A stretch of DNA of 64,000 nt from Candidatus Scatosoma sp. (GCA_045655725.1 JAZOPT010000036.1:6542-70541), one strand, 5' to 3'. Counted from the first letter of the stretch, positions 28,072 to 37,801 are shown. The notes: generated by a model not told the origin, from the sequence alone. Numbers and translations: made by a program.

Positions 28072-29640
28072 TTATTCGTAAGAATTATCGTTGTTGAAAT
28101 CCTCTTCAAAATACTCCTCGCCCACCGCTTGCACGTACGCGTTGTCGCTCATAGCAGCTTCACGGAGCTTGGCTTGCTTTTGCAATTCCGCTTGCGCCAC
28201 GGCAGAGCTGTCGTGTTCGGAAAGAATACCCTTGGAGATTTTCTTCATTCTTCTGCGCAATCTGCCGTAATAGAACAGAACGAAGAACACGAAGAACACG
28301 CCGATGAAATAGGACACGATACCTGCGGAGAAGAAGGTAAGGGACAAGCTTTCCATTGCCGCCGCACCCATACTTCCCGCAAACGATTGCGTAATCACCT
28401 TTTTTGCCACCAGCATACCGACGGTGGGGAGAACGCACAAAATCAAGGGAGGAAGGCAGCCCAGCCAAATGGGAACGCCCAACCGAACGGCGTTGTTTTT
28501 TGCGTTGATTTTCGCCAGAATTTTAATGATAATATATATCCAAGTAAAGAACGTGAAGAATAGTAAATAAGATACGTAACGGAGCACGGTAACGATAGTG
28601 CTTGCCACGTCCGCGGGCAGTTCGTCCATAATTTTCGATTTTAATTCCGCTTTCAGCTGATACGTTTTGTTGGCCGCGTCGCTGCTTTCGCTTTCCATAT
28701 AGGAGACGCTAAGCGGTTTGTTTTGCGCTTCCGCTTCTTCGCCGCCGTCCGTGCTTTCGTCCGTCGCGGAATCTTCGCTTTCACTGCCCATGGCATTGAG
28801 AATGATATCCGCCACCAATTCGTCCATATTCATTTGCCCGTCCGACGTGGCAAATTTCTTCAACGAGTCCTCTACCTGCTTTCTTACGTCCGCTTCGTTG
28901 CTCAGTTTGGAGGGGATTTCGGGGTCTTGCAGACTCAATTTTTGCAAAACGCCGTTTACCGAATTGATAACGTCGCCCGACACCACGTCCACGGCAACGC
29001 CCTGCTCCATTTTCGTCATAATTTTTTCTACTTCGTTATCGAGATACGCGTCCGTTACGCCCGCCTTGGTCATCAGCTCCTGCACTTCTTCGTCCGTTTT
29101 ATTGCTGTAAGAGGGGAGCTGTTTTACGTGGTCGAACACGGCGTTGCGGATAGCCACCTTGGAAAGCGATTTCGTCGCGCCTTTGACAAGCTGATTGATA
29201 GGGTCAAGCAGCTGATCTACCATGCTGTCGATATTGCTTTCCAAAATCTTGCGCACAACTTCCGCTTCGTCGCTGTTAAAAAGTGCGCCGAACACGTCCG
29301 TCGTTTGAACGGTAATGCCAAGCTCTAACGTGATACCGTCCTCGCCGAGCACTTCCGCTACGTCGATGTCCAAGGTATCTGTCGCAAGCTGATCGGCTTT
29401 ATCGCCGATATCTGCATCGCCGTCGCCCTCTGCGCTCTCCGCGCCCTCGTCCGTTTCCTCGTCCGAGCTATCGCTGCTCACTTCCGACAGCATACTTTCT
29501 ACCGCTTGGGCGTCCAAGGTATAAGAAAGCTTTACCTTCCAAAAGGGGAACAGGAAATAGGTAATAATCGCCACCAAGCATAAAATGGCGATAATGACGT
29601 TACAAATATGTATTTTAGAACGGGTATTGCGTTTTGCCAT
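28072..29640 (-). CDS. Acidic membrane protein, unknown function
   Basis: 522 aa. N-terminal TM anchor, a long Asp/Glu/Ser-rich soluble region, four to five C-terminal TM helices, acidic tail. Confidence 0.75.
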   Translation of the reverse strand: MAKRNTRSKIHICNVIIAILCLVAIITYFLFPFWKVKLSYTLDAQAVESMLSEVSSDSSDEETDEGAESAEGDGDADIGDKADQLATDTLDIDVAEVLGEDGITLELGITVQTTDVFGALFNSDEAEVVRKILESNIDSMVDQLLDPINQLVKGATKSLSKVAIRNAVFDHVKQLPSYSNKTDEEVQELMTKAGVTDAYLDNEVEKIMTKMEQGVAVDVVSGDVINSVNGVLQKLSLQDPEIPSKLSNEADVRKQVEDSLKKFATSDGQMNMDELVADIILNAMGSESEDSATDESTDGGEEAEAQNKPLSVSYMESESSDAANKTYQLKAELKSKIMDELPADVASTIVTVLRYVSYLLFFTFFTWIYIIIKILAKINAKNNAVRLGVPIWLGCLPPLILCVLPTVGMLVAKKVITQSFAGSMGAAAMESLSLTFFSAGIVSYFIGVFFVFFVLFYYGRLRRRMKKISKGILSEHDSSAVAQAELQKQAKLREAAMSDNAYVQAVGEEYFEEDFNNDNSYE

Positions 29641-29819
29641 ACAAAAACCTCTTTAATATGCATAGATATAAATTTATATGCGCGTTTTTTCGCGACTATA
29701 ACTATACAATACTACTATACAGTTTAGCACGGAAAAAGAAAAATGTCAATACATTTGCTTTACAAACGCAATATTTTACCTTTCGCACCGCAAAACGGGT
29801 TTGGACTTTTCAAATCGCT

Positions 29820-29849
29820 GCATATTTTTCGACTTTTTTTATCAAATTA
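29820..29849 (+). promoter_or_regulatory. Possible forespore (sigma-G/F-like) promoter for the spoVA genes
   Basis: GCATA (29820-29824), 18-nt spacer, CAAATTA (29843-29849). This is only a partial match to GCATR-N17/18-CATxxTA. Confidence 0.3.
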
Positions 29850-29889
29850 TAGATAAGGTCGAAAGCAAAGACCTCTGGGGGAAGCGTTG

Positions 29890-30012
29890 ATGAACAGAGC
29901 GCAAATTTTTGACGGCGACGGCAAAACGCGGGAGGAGAGAGAAACTCTGTTTGCGATGCCAAAACCGCAGGAAAAACACAAAAAACAAGACAAAATAACG
30001 GAGCAGGTATAA
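29890..30012 (+). CDS. Candidate 40-aa ORF translationally coupled to spoVAC
   Basis: Hand translation gives MNRAQIFDGDGKTREERETLFAMPKPQEKHKKQDKITEQV*. SD-like GGGGGAAG upstream; its TAA ends 1 nt before the spoVAC ATG. Confidence 0.3.
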   Translation: MNRAQIFDGDGKTREERETLFAMPKPQEKHKKQDKITEQV

Positions 30013-30013
30013 G

Positions 30014-30466
30014 ATGACGGGAAAAAACAGGCAAAATTACAATAAGAATTATATTGCGTACGTCAATTCGTTTGACCCGCCCACGCAGCACTTCAAAAAC
30101 TGTTTCCGCGCGTTTATGGTAGGCGGATTTATCTGCGTAATCGGTCAATTTTTGCGGTATATGCTTGAATACGTATTTACGCTGTCGGGAGACGAGCTGG
30201 CGGGGGCAACCAGTGTTGCACTCATTTTCTTGGGTACGCTTTTGACGGGCTTGGGGGTGTATGACAGGATAGGCAGAAACGCGGGCGCGGGGTCTATCGT
30301 GCCCATTACGGGCTTTGCAAACAGCGTAGCTTCGCCTGCTATCGAGTTCAAAACGGAGGGCTTGGTGTACGGCATGGCGGCGAAAATGTTTATCGTGGCA
30401 GGGCCTATCATCGTGTTCGGCGTTTTGGCGGGTACAATCGTGGGCATTTTATATCTGTTTTTATAA
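30014..30466 (+). CDS. spoVAC: Stage V sporulation protein AC
   Basis: 150 aa; NCFRAFMVGGFICVIGQ and the ITGFANS motif are typical of SpoVAC. Confidence 0.92.
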   Translation: MTGKNRQNYNKNYIAYVNSFDPPTQHFKNCFRAFMVGGFICVIGQFLRYMLEYVFTLSGDELAGATSVALIFLGTLLTGLGVYDRIGRNAGAGSIVPITGFANSVASPAIEFKTEGLVYGMAAKMFIVAGPIIVFGVLAGTIVGILYLFL

Positions 30467-30507
30467 TGGTATAAGGATTTTTATGAGGATTGCCTAAGGA
30501 GAAATTT

Positions 30508-31497
30508 ATGCAGACGATACGATTCAAAAACAAACCGCGAATTATCGCCACGGGCACGGTGGCTGGTCCGAAAGAGTGCGCAGGGGTAGTGGGTCAATAC
30601 GTGGATATGGCGTTGACGGACGATATGTTTGGGGAAAGCACGTACGAAAAAGCGGAGTGTAAAATGCTTGCTTACGCCGTTAAACGCGCGATAGAAAACG
30701 CGGGGGAGCGGGAGGAAAATATAGATTTGATGATTTCGGGCGATTTGCTCAATCAAATTATTTCCGCTTCCTTTGCCGCGCGGGATTTCGATTTTCCCTT
30801 TTTAGGGGTATATGGAGCGTGTTCTACGCTGGCGGAAAGCTACGCGCTTGCCGCGGCGCTTATCGACGCGGGATATTACGAAAAAATCGTGGCGGCAACG
30901 GGGAGTCATTTTTCTTCTGCCGAACGGCAGTACAGATACCCGTTGGAGCTTGGCAATACGCGGCCTCCGCAAGCGCAATGGACGGTAACGGGCGCGGGCG
31001 GAGCGTTGATAGCCAAGACGGGCGGCGGCGTAGCGATTACCTCCGCAACGCTTGGGAAGGTAGTAGATTTCGGTATCACGGACGTCAACAACATGGGCGC
31101 GGCAATGGCACCTGCCGCTTGCGATACCATCTTAAACCATTTGCGGGATACGGGGCAAAAGGCGAGCGATTACGACTTGATTGTTACAGGCGATTTGGGC
31201 GCGCTGGGCAGTAGAATATTAAAGGATTTAACGTGGGAAAAGGGAGTGGATATTGCCGCCAATCACGTCGATTGTGGGGAGATTATCTACAACGTAATTG
31301 AGGACGAATTTCAAGGCGGCAGCGGAGCAGGTTGCAGTGCGGTGGTGTTTAATTCTTACCTATTTGATAAGCTGAAAAAGCGGGAGCTAAACCGCATTTT
31401 ATTAGCGGCGACGGGCGCTCTGCTTTCTACCGTATCCAGCGGTCAGGGGGAAAGTATTCCGTGCATCTGCCACGCCGTTTCCATTGAAACTGTATAA
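30508..31497 (+). CDS. spoVAD: Stage V sporulation protein AD
   Basis: Thiolase-like fold, GTVAGPKE, GACSTLAESYALAA. ATG at 30508 follows AAGGAG. Confidence 0.92.
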   Translation: MQTIRFKNKPRIIATGTVAGPKECAGVVGQYVDMALTDDMFGESTYEKAECKMLAYAVKRAIENAGEREENIDLMISGDLLNQIISASFAARDFDFPFLGVYGACSTLAESYALAAALIDAGYYEKIVAATGSHFSSAERQYRYPLELGNTRPPQAQWTVTGAGGALIAKTGGGVAITSATLGKVVDFGITDVNNMGAAMAPAACDTILNHLRDTGQKASDYDLIVTGDLGALGSRILKDLTWEKGVDIAANHVDCGEIIYNVIEDEFQGGSGAGCSAVVFNSYLFDKLKKRELNRILLAATGALLSTVSSGQGESIPCICHAVSIETV

Positions 31498-31507
31498 AAC
31501 AATAAAA

Positions 31508-31550
31508 GCCCGACCTTTGCAAATCATTAGCAAAGGTCGGGCGTGTGTTT
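31508..31550. terminator. Bidirectional terminator
   Basis: Perfect 13-bp stem GCCCGACCTTTGC / GCAAAGGTCGGGC; lies between convergent spoVAD and the acyltransferase gene. Confidence 0.8.
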
Positions 31551-31564
31551 ATAATCAAGGTTTT

Positions 31565-32650
31565 TTAATGTGCGTATTTCAGCCAACGCAATAAACGGAA
31601 CTTCTCCAAAAACAGTACCGCCGCGCTTACCGCAAGACAAATACCCAGCGTGATAAGAAAGGACAGGCAGTCGGGCGGGTTAGGCAACGTTCGGCAAAAC
31701 GGAGTAATCACCAAATACGCAAGCGAGGCGTGCAAGGCGTACACGATGGTACTCGTTTTACGTAAAATTACCGTCCACTTGGAAGCGGCAAGGTTGGTTT
31801 TGGTAAGCAACGCAAAAACGGCAATACAAACGGGAGCTAAAAACAGATAGCAATCGTTGTTGTATTTTTCCGTCCATTTGCGCACTAACAGCCATTCGAC
31901 GAAAAGTAAAGCCGCGGAAACTACCAAGCCTATCCACAAATACACCGTTTTGAAACGGAAGGTAAACGTGCCGTCGGCAAAGCATTTTCCGCTGACAATC
32001 CAAAACAGAGCCACCGTCAAATTAAACTGCGGCAAAGAGAAGAACTTTTCGTATAATTTGCTTGCGTTTACAATCCAGTCGTATTCGCTCAACAATGGGA
32101 AATAACTCGAACGCAAGCATACCAAAACGTGAATACATAAAGTGATACAAAACAGCGTTTTATTGCCGAGCTTTTTGGAGACGAAATAAACGATCCACAT
32201 TCCCAACACGGAAGCCATGATAAACCAAGACGCCAAAAACGTACTGTCGAAGAAAAACGAACGGCAAAGGTAAAAATACGACTTCAAAAAGCTATCCGAT
32301 TGCCACGAAGAAGCTTTCATTTTCAGCGTAAAGGGGAGTAGAACGAGAAACCAAAAGAGGTACAAGGCAAGGTTGCGCAGGGTAAATTTTTTCATGGCGG
32401 CAAGCCTTGCGTGCTCGTCCGTACATTTCCGTATTTTTCCGAATAAAAAGTACGCGCTGATCATAAAAAAGAGCGGTACGGCAAGCCGAAGCCAAGGATA
32501 TAAAAAATCGGGGTATAAATAGGTGTGGATTGCTACCACCAAGACGGACAAAACAAATTTAGCAACGTCAAACCCGCCCGTTGCATTGTCTTCGCGAACG
32601 GTATTGTCGAGTAATGCGTTTTCCGTTAAATTATTTTTGACAGTATTCAT
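31565..32650 (-). CDS. Acyltransferase-3 family integral membrane protein
   Basis: About ten TM helices with the N-terminal FDVAKFVLSVLVVAIH pattern of the acyltransferase_3 family. Start is ATG 32650 or TTG 32686. Confidence 0.75.
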   Translation of the reverse strand: MNTVKNNLTENALLDNTVREDNATGGFDVAKFVLSVLVVAIHTYLYPDFLYPWLRLAVPLFFMISAYFLFGKIRKCTDEHARLAAMKKFTLRNLALYLFWFLVLLPFTLKMKASSWQSDSFLKSYFYLCRSFFFDSTFLASWFIMASVLGMWIVYFVSKKLGNKTLFCITLCIHVLVCLRSSYFPLLSEYDWIVNASKLYEKFFSLPQFNLTVALFWIVSGKCFADGTFTFRFKTVYLWIGLVVSAALLFVEWLLVRKWTEKYNNDCYLFLAPVCIAVFALLTKTNLAASKWTVILRKTSTIVYALHASLAYLVITPFCRTLPNPPDCLSFLITLGICLAVSAAVLFLEKFRLLRWLKYAH

Positions 32651-32750
32651 GCTCGTATTATACCACGCTTTGGCTATGAAAGTCAAGTATTAAAAAGTAT
32701 AAAACCAAGCCTTTGCGCACACAATGGGAAGTAGAAACAGGAGCGTTGTC

Positions 32751-33134
32751 ATGTTTGAACAGTATTTTGAAATATTTTACGGATTTATAAAAGCGTTTGC
32801 GGTGGGCGGACTTATCTGCATGATCGCCCAAATCGTCATCAATTACACCGACCTCACGGCGGGTAAAATTTTGGTGCTTTTCATGCTGGCGGGGGTGGCA
32901 TTACAGGGTTTGGGGCTGTATCAATACCTCGTAGATTTTGCGGGCGCGGGCGCGACCGTGCCTATCAGCGGATTTGGGTATTTGCTTGCCAACGGTGCTA
33001 TCAAGGGGGCGGAAAAGGGCTTATTCGGCGCATTTACGGGCGCGCTATCCGCCGCGAGTGCGGGCATTTCTGCCGCCGTGATATTTTCCTTTCTTATGGC
33101 AATGCTGTTCAAATCCCGCAGTAAAAAGAACTAA
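32751..33134 (+). CDS. spoVAE: Stage V sporulation protein AE (SpoVAEB-type)
   Basis: FIKAFAVGGLICMIAQ and GAGATVPISGFG motifs; ATG at 32751 follows AGGAG. Confidence 0.9.
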   Translation: MFEQYFEIFYGFIKAFAVGGLICMIAQIVINYTDLTAGKILVLFMLAGVALQGLGLYQYLVDFAGAGATVPISGFGYLLANGAIKGAEKGLFGAFTGALSAASAGISAAVIFSFLMAMLFKSRSKKN

Positions 33135-33883
33135 GGCGATAAATCGGGCTTTTCCCCGAAAATATCCGATTGCAGATACGCGTCGGGGACTCTGCCGACG
33201 ATTACCCATTCGCCGACGAGAATATCGGTAACCACGGCGAAATTTTCCGTGCGGGAGGGCATGACGATACTGATATCGGCGATGACGTTTAAGTAAATGG
33301 AGTGCTTGGTTTGGTTGATGCCCACGCTTTCAAATACGGACGAAAATCCGCACGAAACGCTGCTGACGGGAATGATACGGAAATGAATGCTCGGTCCAAG
33401 ACCCGCAAACGCTTCGATGCCCGTCAACGCGCCAAGAGGAACGGGGATTCCGTTCAGACTTAAATTTTTTAAGTTGGATTGTGAAATGGAGGCGGTATCC
33501 CGTGCAATTTTGTTTATTTTCAACGGATTGGCTGCCACGGCGACAATCTCGCCCTCCTCGTCGCGCGTAATCGTAACCAAATCCTCGTAGCGCATTTCGT
33601 CGGAGAGGGTATAATACACGGCGTCGTTGACGGCAACGGTGGTGCTTGCACGCATGGTGGCTTCGCTGATAGAGATAAGCACCCGCGTTACGTTGCGCTG
33701 AAAATAGATAAACAAAACGATACATAAAAAAAGAATCGTCAACAACACGCAAAGCCACCGCCGTCTGCGATAGACGCGCGGTTGTTTACCGTTTTTACCG
33801 CGCTTTATGCCGCTTATCCCGTTGTTTATGCCGCCTTTCGGCGGGGTATAGACGGGCAAATCGTATTCATGAAATCTGCTCAT
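33131..33883 (-). CDS. yunB: Sporulation protein YunB
   Basis: N-terminal TM anchor, then the YunB-like region (ISEATMRASTTVAVNDAVYYTL ... IPVSSVSCGF). 4-nt start/stop overlap with murG. Confidence 0.75.
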   Translation of the reverse strand: MSRFHEYDLPVYTPPKGGINNGISGIKRGKNGKQPRVYRRRRWLCVLLTILFLCIVLFIYFQRNVTRVLISISEATMRASTTVAVNDAVYYTLSDEMRYEDLVTITRDEEGEIVAVAANPLKINKIARDTASISQSNLKNLSLNGIPVPLGALTGIEAFAGLGPSIHFRIIPVSSVSCGFSSVFESVGINQTKHSIYLNVIADISIVMPSRTENFAVVTDILVGEWVIVGRVPDAYLQSDIFGEKPDLSP

Positions 33884-34938
33884 GTTTGCCGTTGCAGGGC
33901 AGAGCGAAGCTCTCGTAAAATGTTGGCGTTGCCTTGTGAAAAATCACATTCGTACAGCCGAGCCTTTAAGGCGTCGTCAAAGAGCAAATTTTCAATGGCT
34001 TGTGGGAGGCGTGCAAGCTCGGCTTGGCGTAAGACGTGGCAAAGTCCTTTGCGCTGGAAGTAGGCGGCGTTTTCCACTTGGTCGCCCCGCGTTTCGCCCT
34101 CCAACGGGATAAACAGAGCGGGCTTTTTTAACGCCAAAATTTCAAACACCGTGCCTGCGCCCGCACGGGAAACCACAGCGTCGGCGGCGGCGTACATCGT
34201 GCCCATGTCCGATACGTATTCAAACTGCAAATAATTTTTCAGGTTGGTTTTTACCCCGTTTCCCTTGCCGCAAACGTGTAAAATAACGTATTTTTCCGTT
34301 AGAGAGCGAATATGCGAAAATAAAGCCTTGTTGATGGTTTCGCTGCCGCTCCCGCCGCCGAACACCAATACCACCGTTTCGTCGAAGCCTATACCTAAAC
34401 GAATACGAGCTTCTGCACGCGAGGTGTGTAATACGCTTCTTCTTAGCGGTGCGCCGCTGTATCTGCCTTGCCGTATCCGCTTCGCCGTTTCGGGAAAAGA
34501 GGTGAACACGCACTGACACGCCCGCGCGGACAGCTTGTTGGCAAGACCCACGGAAAAATCGCTTTCGTGCGCATAGCAGGGAATTTTCAGCTTCCTTGCG
34601 GCGACGATAACGGGCAACGCCACGTACCCGCCCTTGGAGAACACCACGTCGGGCGAAAAAGCCTTTAAGCCTGCTTTTGCCTGTTTTACGGCTCGGTGAA
34701 AGGCAAAGGGGATAGTGAGGTTGCGCTTGAACACGTTCCAACCCTTGCCGCGTATCAATTTAGGACATTCCATTTCAAAATAGGGAATTTTCCATTCGGA
34801 AACAAGCCGTTTTTCAATGCCGCCCGTACCGATATAGCACACGTCGGCGATTCCGCCCGACAAAATTTCCTCCATCAAAGCAATGTTGGGGATTACGTGC
34901 CCCGCACTGCCGCCACCCGTAAACAGTATTTTTTTCAT
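33880..34938 (-). CDS. murG: UDP-N-acetylglucosamine--N-acetylmuramyl-(pentapeptide)-pyrophosphoryl-undecaprenol GlcNAc transferase
   Basis: MKKILFTGGGSAGHVIPNIAL start and a GT28 C-terminal domain (RAGAGTVFEILALKKPALFIP). Confidence 0.88.
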   Translation of the reverse strand: MKKILFTGGGSAGHVIPNIALMEEILSGGIADVCYIGTGGIEKRLVSEWKIPYFEMECPKLIRGKGWNVFKRNLTIPFAFHRAVKQAKAGLKAFSPDVVFSKGGYVALPVIVAARKLKIPCYAHESDFSVGLANKLSARACQCVFTSFPETAKRIRQGRYSGAPLRRSVLHTSRAEARIRLGIGFDETVVLVFGGGSGSETINKALFSHIRSLTEKYVILHVCGKGNGVKTNLKNYLQFEYVSDMGTMYAAADAVVSRAGAGTVFEILALKKPALFIPLEGETRGDQVENAAYFQRKGLCHVLRQAELARLPQAIENLLFDDALKARLYECDFSQGNANILRELRSALQRQT

Positions 34939-35079
34939 ACTCCGCTTTCCGTCCTCTATAATAATCCCGTATATTATTATAGCCACGCAAGTACGCGAAT
35001 ATTCGTAATAGAAACGGAATAAAACAAGACCGCCGCTCCCGTAAAAGGAGCGGCGGTAGGGTACAGAACGAAAAAAATA

Positions 35080-36006
35080 TCAGTACGCCTTGATGATTTC
35101 TTGCGCGGCGGCAACCACTCTTTGACGGAGCGAAAGGGGTTCTAATACGGTAACGCCCGCGCCCAAAGCCAAAATGTGTTTCACCAACGCGTCATTGTCG
35201 GGCAGAGTAACGTTTGCAAACCACCGCCCGCCTACTTGGCGTAAATTTTCCACGCCCAGCCAGTCTTGCGCTTCCACAAACGCGGAGTCTGCAATGGCGA
35301 GCCGCACCTCAACGCTTTTCGCTTCGTCCGTCCAAAAGCTGAGCGGAATATCCTCCCGCGCGACCGTTCGGCGGGTGAACGTTTCGTCCGTTTTGATGGC
35401 GGAAAACACTCTGCCCAAGCGGAACAAACGGAAGGCGCGCTGATTATGACAAAAGGCGTAAACGTACCAAACTCCCTGCTTGCAGACCAAAACGTGCGCT
35501 TCTATTTTGCGCCTTGTTTTTTCGCCCAAGCGGGAATGGTATTCAATTTCCAGCACCGAGCGTTCGCGGATACATTCTTCCACGAGCTTTAATTTTTCGG
35601 AAAAGGCGCGGGTATCCCCCCACGTGCCGCCGTCCACCAAGATACTGCCGATATCACCCGAAAGCGCAATACTTCTCGCTTCCGTTTTCATCTGAGCGGA
35701 AAGCTTGTTGGACGCCTGCAAAAACCGAGCCTCAGGCAGCTGCGAATAGGCAAGCGACAAACCGTCTATCGCGGCTTGGTATTCTTCCTTTGTCATAAAC
35801 CCAACGGGGAGCTTATAGCTATCGGAGATACAAATTCCGCCGTCTCTACCCTGTTTGACGTACACAGGCACGGTGAGGGAGAGCAAATCGATATAGCGGT
35901 ACACCGTCCGAGTGGAAATTCCGTGCTTTTCGGCGAAATACCCTGCCGTGGCTTTCCGCTTTACCAATAAATCGAATAAGATGTCTAATAAAATCGCAAA
36001 TTTCAT
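35080..36006 (-). CDS. HTH plus WYL-domain transcriptional regulator (YafY-like)
   Basis: N-terminal HTH (GISTRTVYRYIDLLS) and a WYL core (GVWYVYAFCHNQRAFRLFRLGRV). Confidence 0.85.
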   Translation of the reverse strand: MKFAILLDILFDLLVKRKATAGYFAEKHGISTRTVYRYIDLLSLTVPVYVKQGRDGGICISDSYKLPVGFMTKEEYQAAIDGLSLAYSQLPEARFLQASNKLSAQMKTEARSIALSGDIGSILVDGGTWGDTRAFSEKLKLVEECIRERSVLEIEYHSRLGEKTRRKIEAHVLVCKQGVWYVYAFCHNQRAFRLFRLGRVFSAIKTDETFTRRTVAREDIPLSFWTDEAKSVEVRLAIADSAFVEAQDWLGVENLRQVGGRWFANVTLPDNDALVKHILALGAGVTVLEPLSLRQRVVAAAQEIIKAY

Positions 36007-36117
36007 GTTTTGAAGCCTACTTTTTATAGTTTCCTAAAAATATTTTATCAAATATGACAGATATTGTCAAGTTATATGCGTTATAATTTGCATGAAAAAA
36101 CAAGAAAGAGGTAAAAA

Positions 36118-36336
36118 ATGATGACGAAATTTGACGGATATATCGAAAGAATGCAGGAAAAACGCAAACAGCATAGAGAGGACGCTATCAATTACGCTCT
36201 GTTGACAAGCTTGCGTACCAAAACGCGGGAAGAGGTGTTGCAGGAGCTGTGGCAGGGCTTGACGTTTATCGCGGGCGTTTCGGAAATCTTGCCCAAGACC
36301 TCGACGAGAAGAGCGGAAAAGCAGCTTGTATATTGA
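36118..36336 (+). CDS. Hypothetical 72-aa protein
   Basis: Good SD (AAGAGG, 8 nt upstream); divergent from the WYL regulator; no recognisable motif. Confidence 0.45.
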   Translation: MMTKFDGYIERMQEKRKQHREDAINYALLTSLRTKTREEVLQELWQGLTFIAGVSEILPKTSTRRAEKQLVY

Positions 36337-36402
36337 TAGCTTTTTTCGTTCCCAAATACAGAATAAAGCGTGCGTAAAATATGCGCAAAGGCATGGAAAC
36401 GC

Positions 36403-36431
36403 TTGACATTGCGTAAAAAAAGTTGTAAACT
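36403..36431 (+). promoter_or_regulatory. Sigma-70-type promoter of tyrS
   Basis: TTGACA (36403-36408), 17-nt spacer, TAAACT (36426-36431). The leader is too short for a T-box. Confidence 0.5.
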
Positions 36432-36481
36432 TTATGCAATATTCCCGCTGTGTGCGGTATAAAGGAGCAAAGGAAAAGAAA

Positions 36482-37675
36482 ATGGCAAACGTAATGGACA
36501 CGCTGAGAGCGCGCGGTTTTGTAAAACAAACGGTTTATGAAGAGGAGCTGTACGAAAAGCTTGGGAAAGAAAGCGTTCCGTTTTATATCGGCTTCGACCC
36601 TACCGCAGATTCTTTGCACGTAGGGCATTTCATGCAGCTTATCGCTATGCACCATATGCAACAAGCGGGGCATAAGCCCGTCATTTTAATCGGCGGCGGT
36701 ACGGCGATGGTAGGCGACCCCTCGGGCAGAACGGATATGCGTTCGATGATGACCAAGGAAACCATTCGCCATAACGTAGAATGTTTCAAAAAGCAAATGT
36801 CGAAGTTTGTCAGCTTCGAGGGCGAAAACGCGGCGGTAATCGTGGATAACGGCGATTGGCTGTTAGATTTGAATTATATCGATTTCTTGCGTGAAATCGG
36901 CGCGCACTTCTCTGTAAACAGAATGTTGACGGCAGAATGCTTCAAGCAGCGTTTGGACAGAGGCTTGTCCTTCTTGGAATTTAACTATATGCTCATGCAG
37001 GCGTACGATTTCTTGGTGCTGTACAGAAAATTCGGTTGCCAGTTAGAGCTTGGCGGCGATGACCAATGGAGTAATATTTTGGCAGGCGCAAACCTTATCC
37101 GTATTAAGGAGCAAAAGCCCGCGTACGCGATGACGTTTACCTTGCTTACGACAAGCGACGGTAAGAAAATGGGCAAAACGGCGAAAGGAGCGGTATGGCT
37201 GGACGAAAACAAAACCACTCCGTACGAATTTTATCAATATTGGCGTAACACGGCGGACGAGGACGTGGAGAAGTGCATGAAGCTGCTCACCTTCCTGCCC
37301 GTAGAGGAGATAGAAGAGCTTTGCCGTTACAAGGACGAGCGCATGAATAAGGCAAAGGAAGTGCTTGCGTACGAGCTTACCAAAGAGGTACACGGCGAGG
37401 AGAAAGCCAATTTGGCGCAAAGTCAAGCCAAGGCGGCGTTCGGCGGCGGCGACGCGGAGCTGCTTACCAAAGAGGTAACGGGCGCGGAAACGGTGGTGGA
37501 CGTTATGGTGGCGGCAGGCGTGGCGAAATCCAAGGGCGAGGCAAGACGCTTGATAGAACAGGGCGGCGTTTCGGTGGACGAAAGTAAGGTAACGGACGCG
37601 AATATGCCTATTCCAGCCAAGGAATTTGTTCTGCATAAAGGAAAAAAAGTCCATTTGAAGATTGTTATCAAATAA
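36482..37675 (+). CDS. tyrS: Tyrosine--tRNA ligase
   Basis: HIGH-type motif (LHVGH), KMSKS-type motif (KKMGKT), C-terminal S4-like domain. Confidence 0.96.
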   Translation: MANVMDTLRARGFVKQTVYEEELYEKLGKESVPFYIGFDPTADSLHVGHFMQLIAMHHMQQAGHKPVILIGGGTAMVGDPSGRTDMRSMMTKETIRHNVECFKKQMSKFVSFEGENAAVIVDNGDWLLDLNYIDFLREIGAHFSVNRMLTAECFKQRLDRGLSFLEFNYMLMQAYDFLVLYRKFGCQLELGGDDQWSNILAGANLIRIKEQKPAYAMTFTLLTTSDGKKMGKTAKGAVWLDENKTTPYEFYQYWRNTADEDVEKCMKLLTFLPVEEIEELCRYKDERMNKAKEVLAYELTKEVHGEEKANLAQSQAKAAFGGGDAELLTKEVTGAETVVDVMVAAGVAKSKGEARRLIEQGGVSVDESKVTDANMPIPAKEFVLHKGKKVHLKIVIK

Positions 37676-37703
37676 AAAATAAGAGATAAAAAGTTATCGG
37701 TAG

Positions 37704-37743
37704 TTACCCGTTGTGCTTACGGTACGGCGGGTAATTTTTTTTG
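37704..37743 (+). terminator. Rho-independent terminator of tyrS
   Basis: TTACCCG / CGGGTAA stem followed by a T9 run. Confidence 0.7.
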
Positions 37744-37772
37744 CCTAAAACCACGCAAGGATAGTCAAACAC

Positions 37773-37801
37773 TTGACAATACAAGAGAGCGGTGTTATAC
37801 T
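37773..37801 (+). promoter_or_regulatory. Sigma-70-type promoter of the lipoprotein gene
   Basis: TTGACA (37773-37778), 17-nt spacer, TATACT (37796-37801). Confidence 0.6.

Noticed and set aside
28027-28563. 178-aa plus-strand ORF (and similar 100-260-aa ORFs antisense to smc, dnaA, mnmG and spoVAD)
   Set aside because: All lie entirely within, and antisense or out of frame to, confidently identified genes. Their composition is biased (Arg/His/Val-rich) and they lack SD sequences.
36337-36481. T-box leaders upstream of tyrS (and of asnS at 53336-53410)
   Set aside because: The leaders are only about 50 to 75 nt after the predicted promoters. There is no specifier-loop architecture, T-box sequence or terminator/antiterminator pair.
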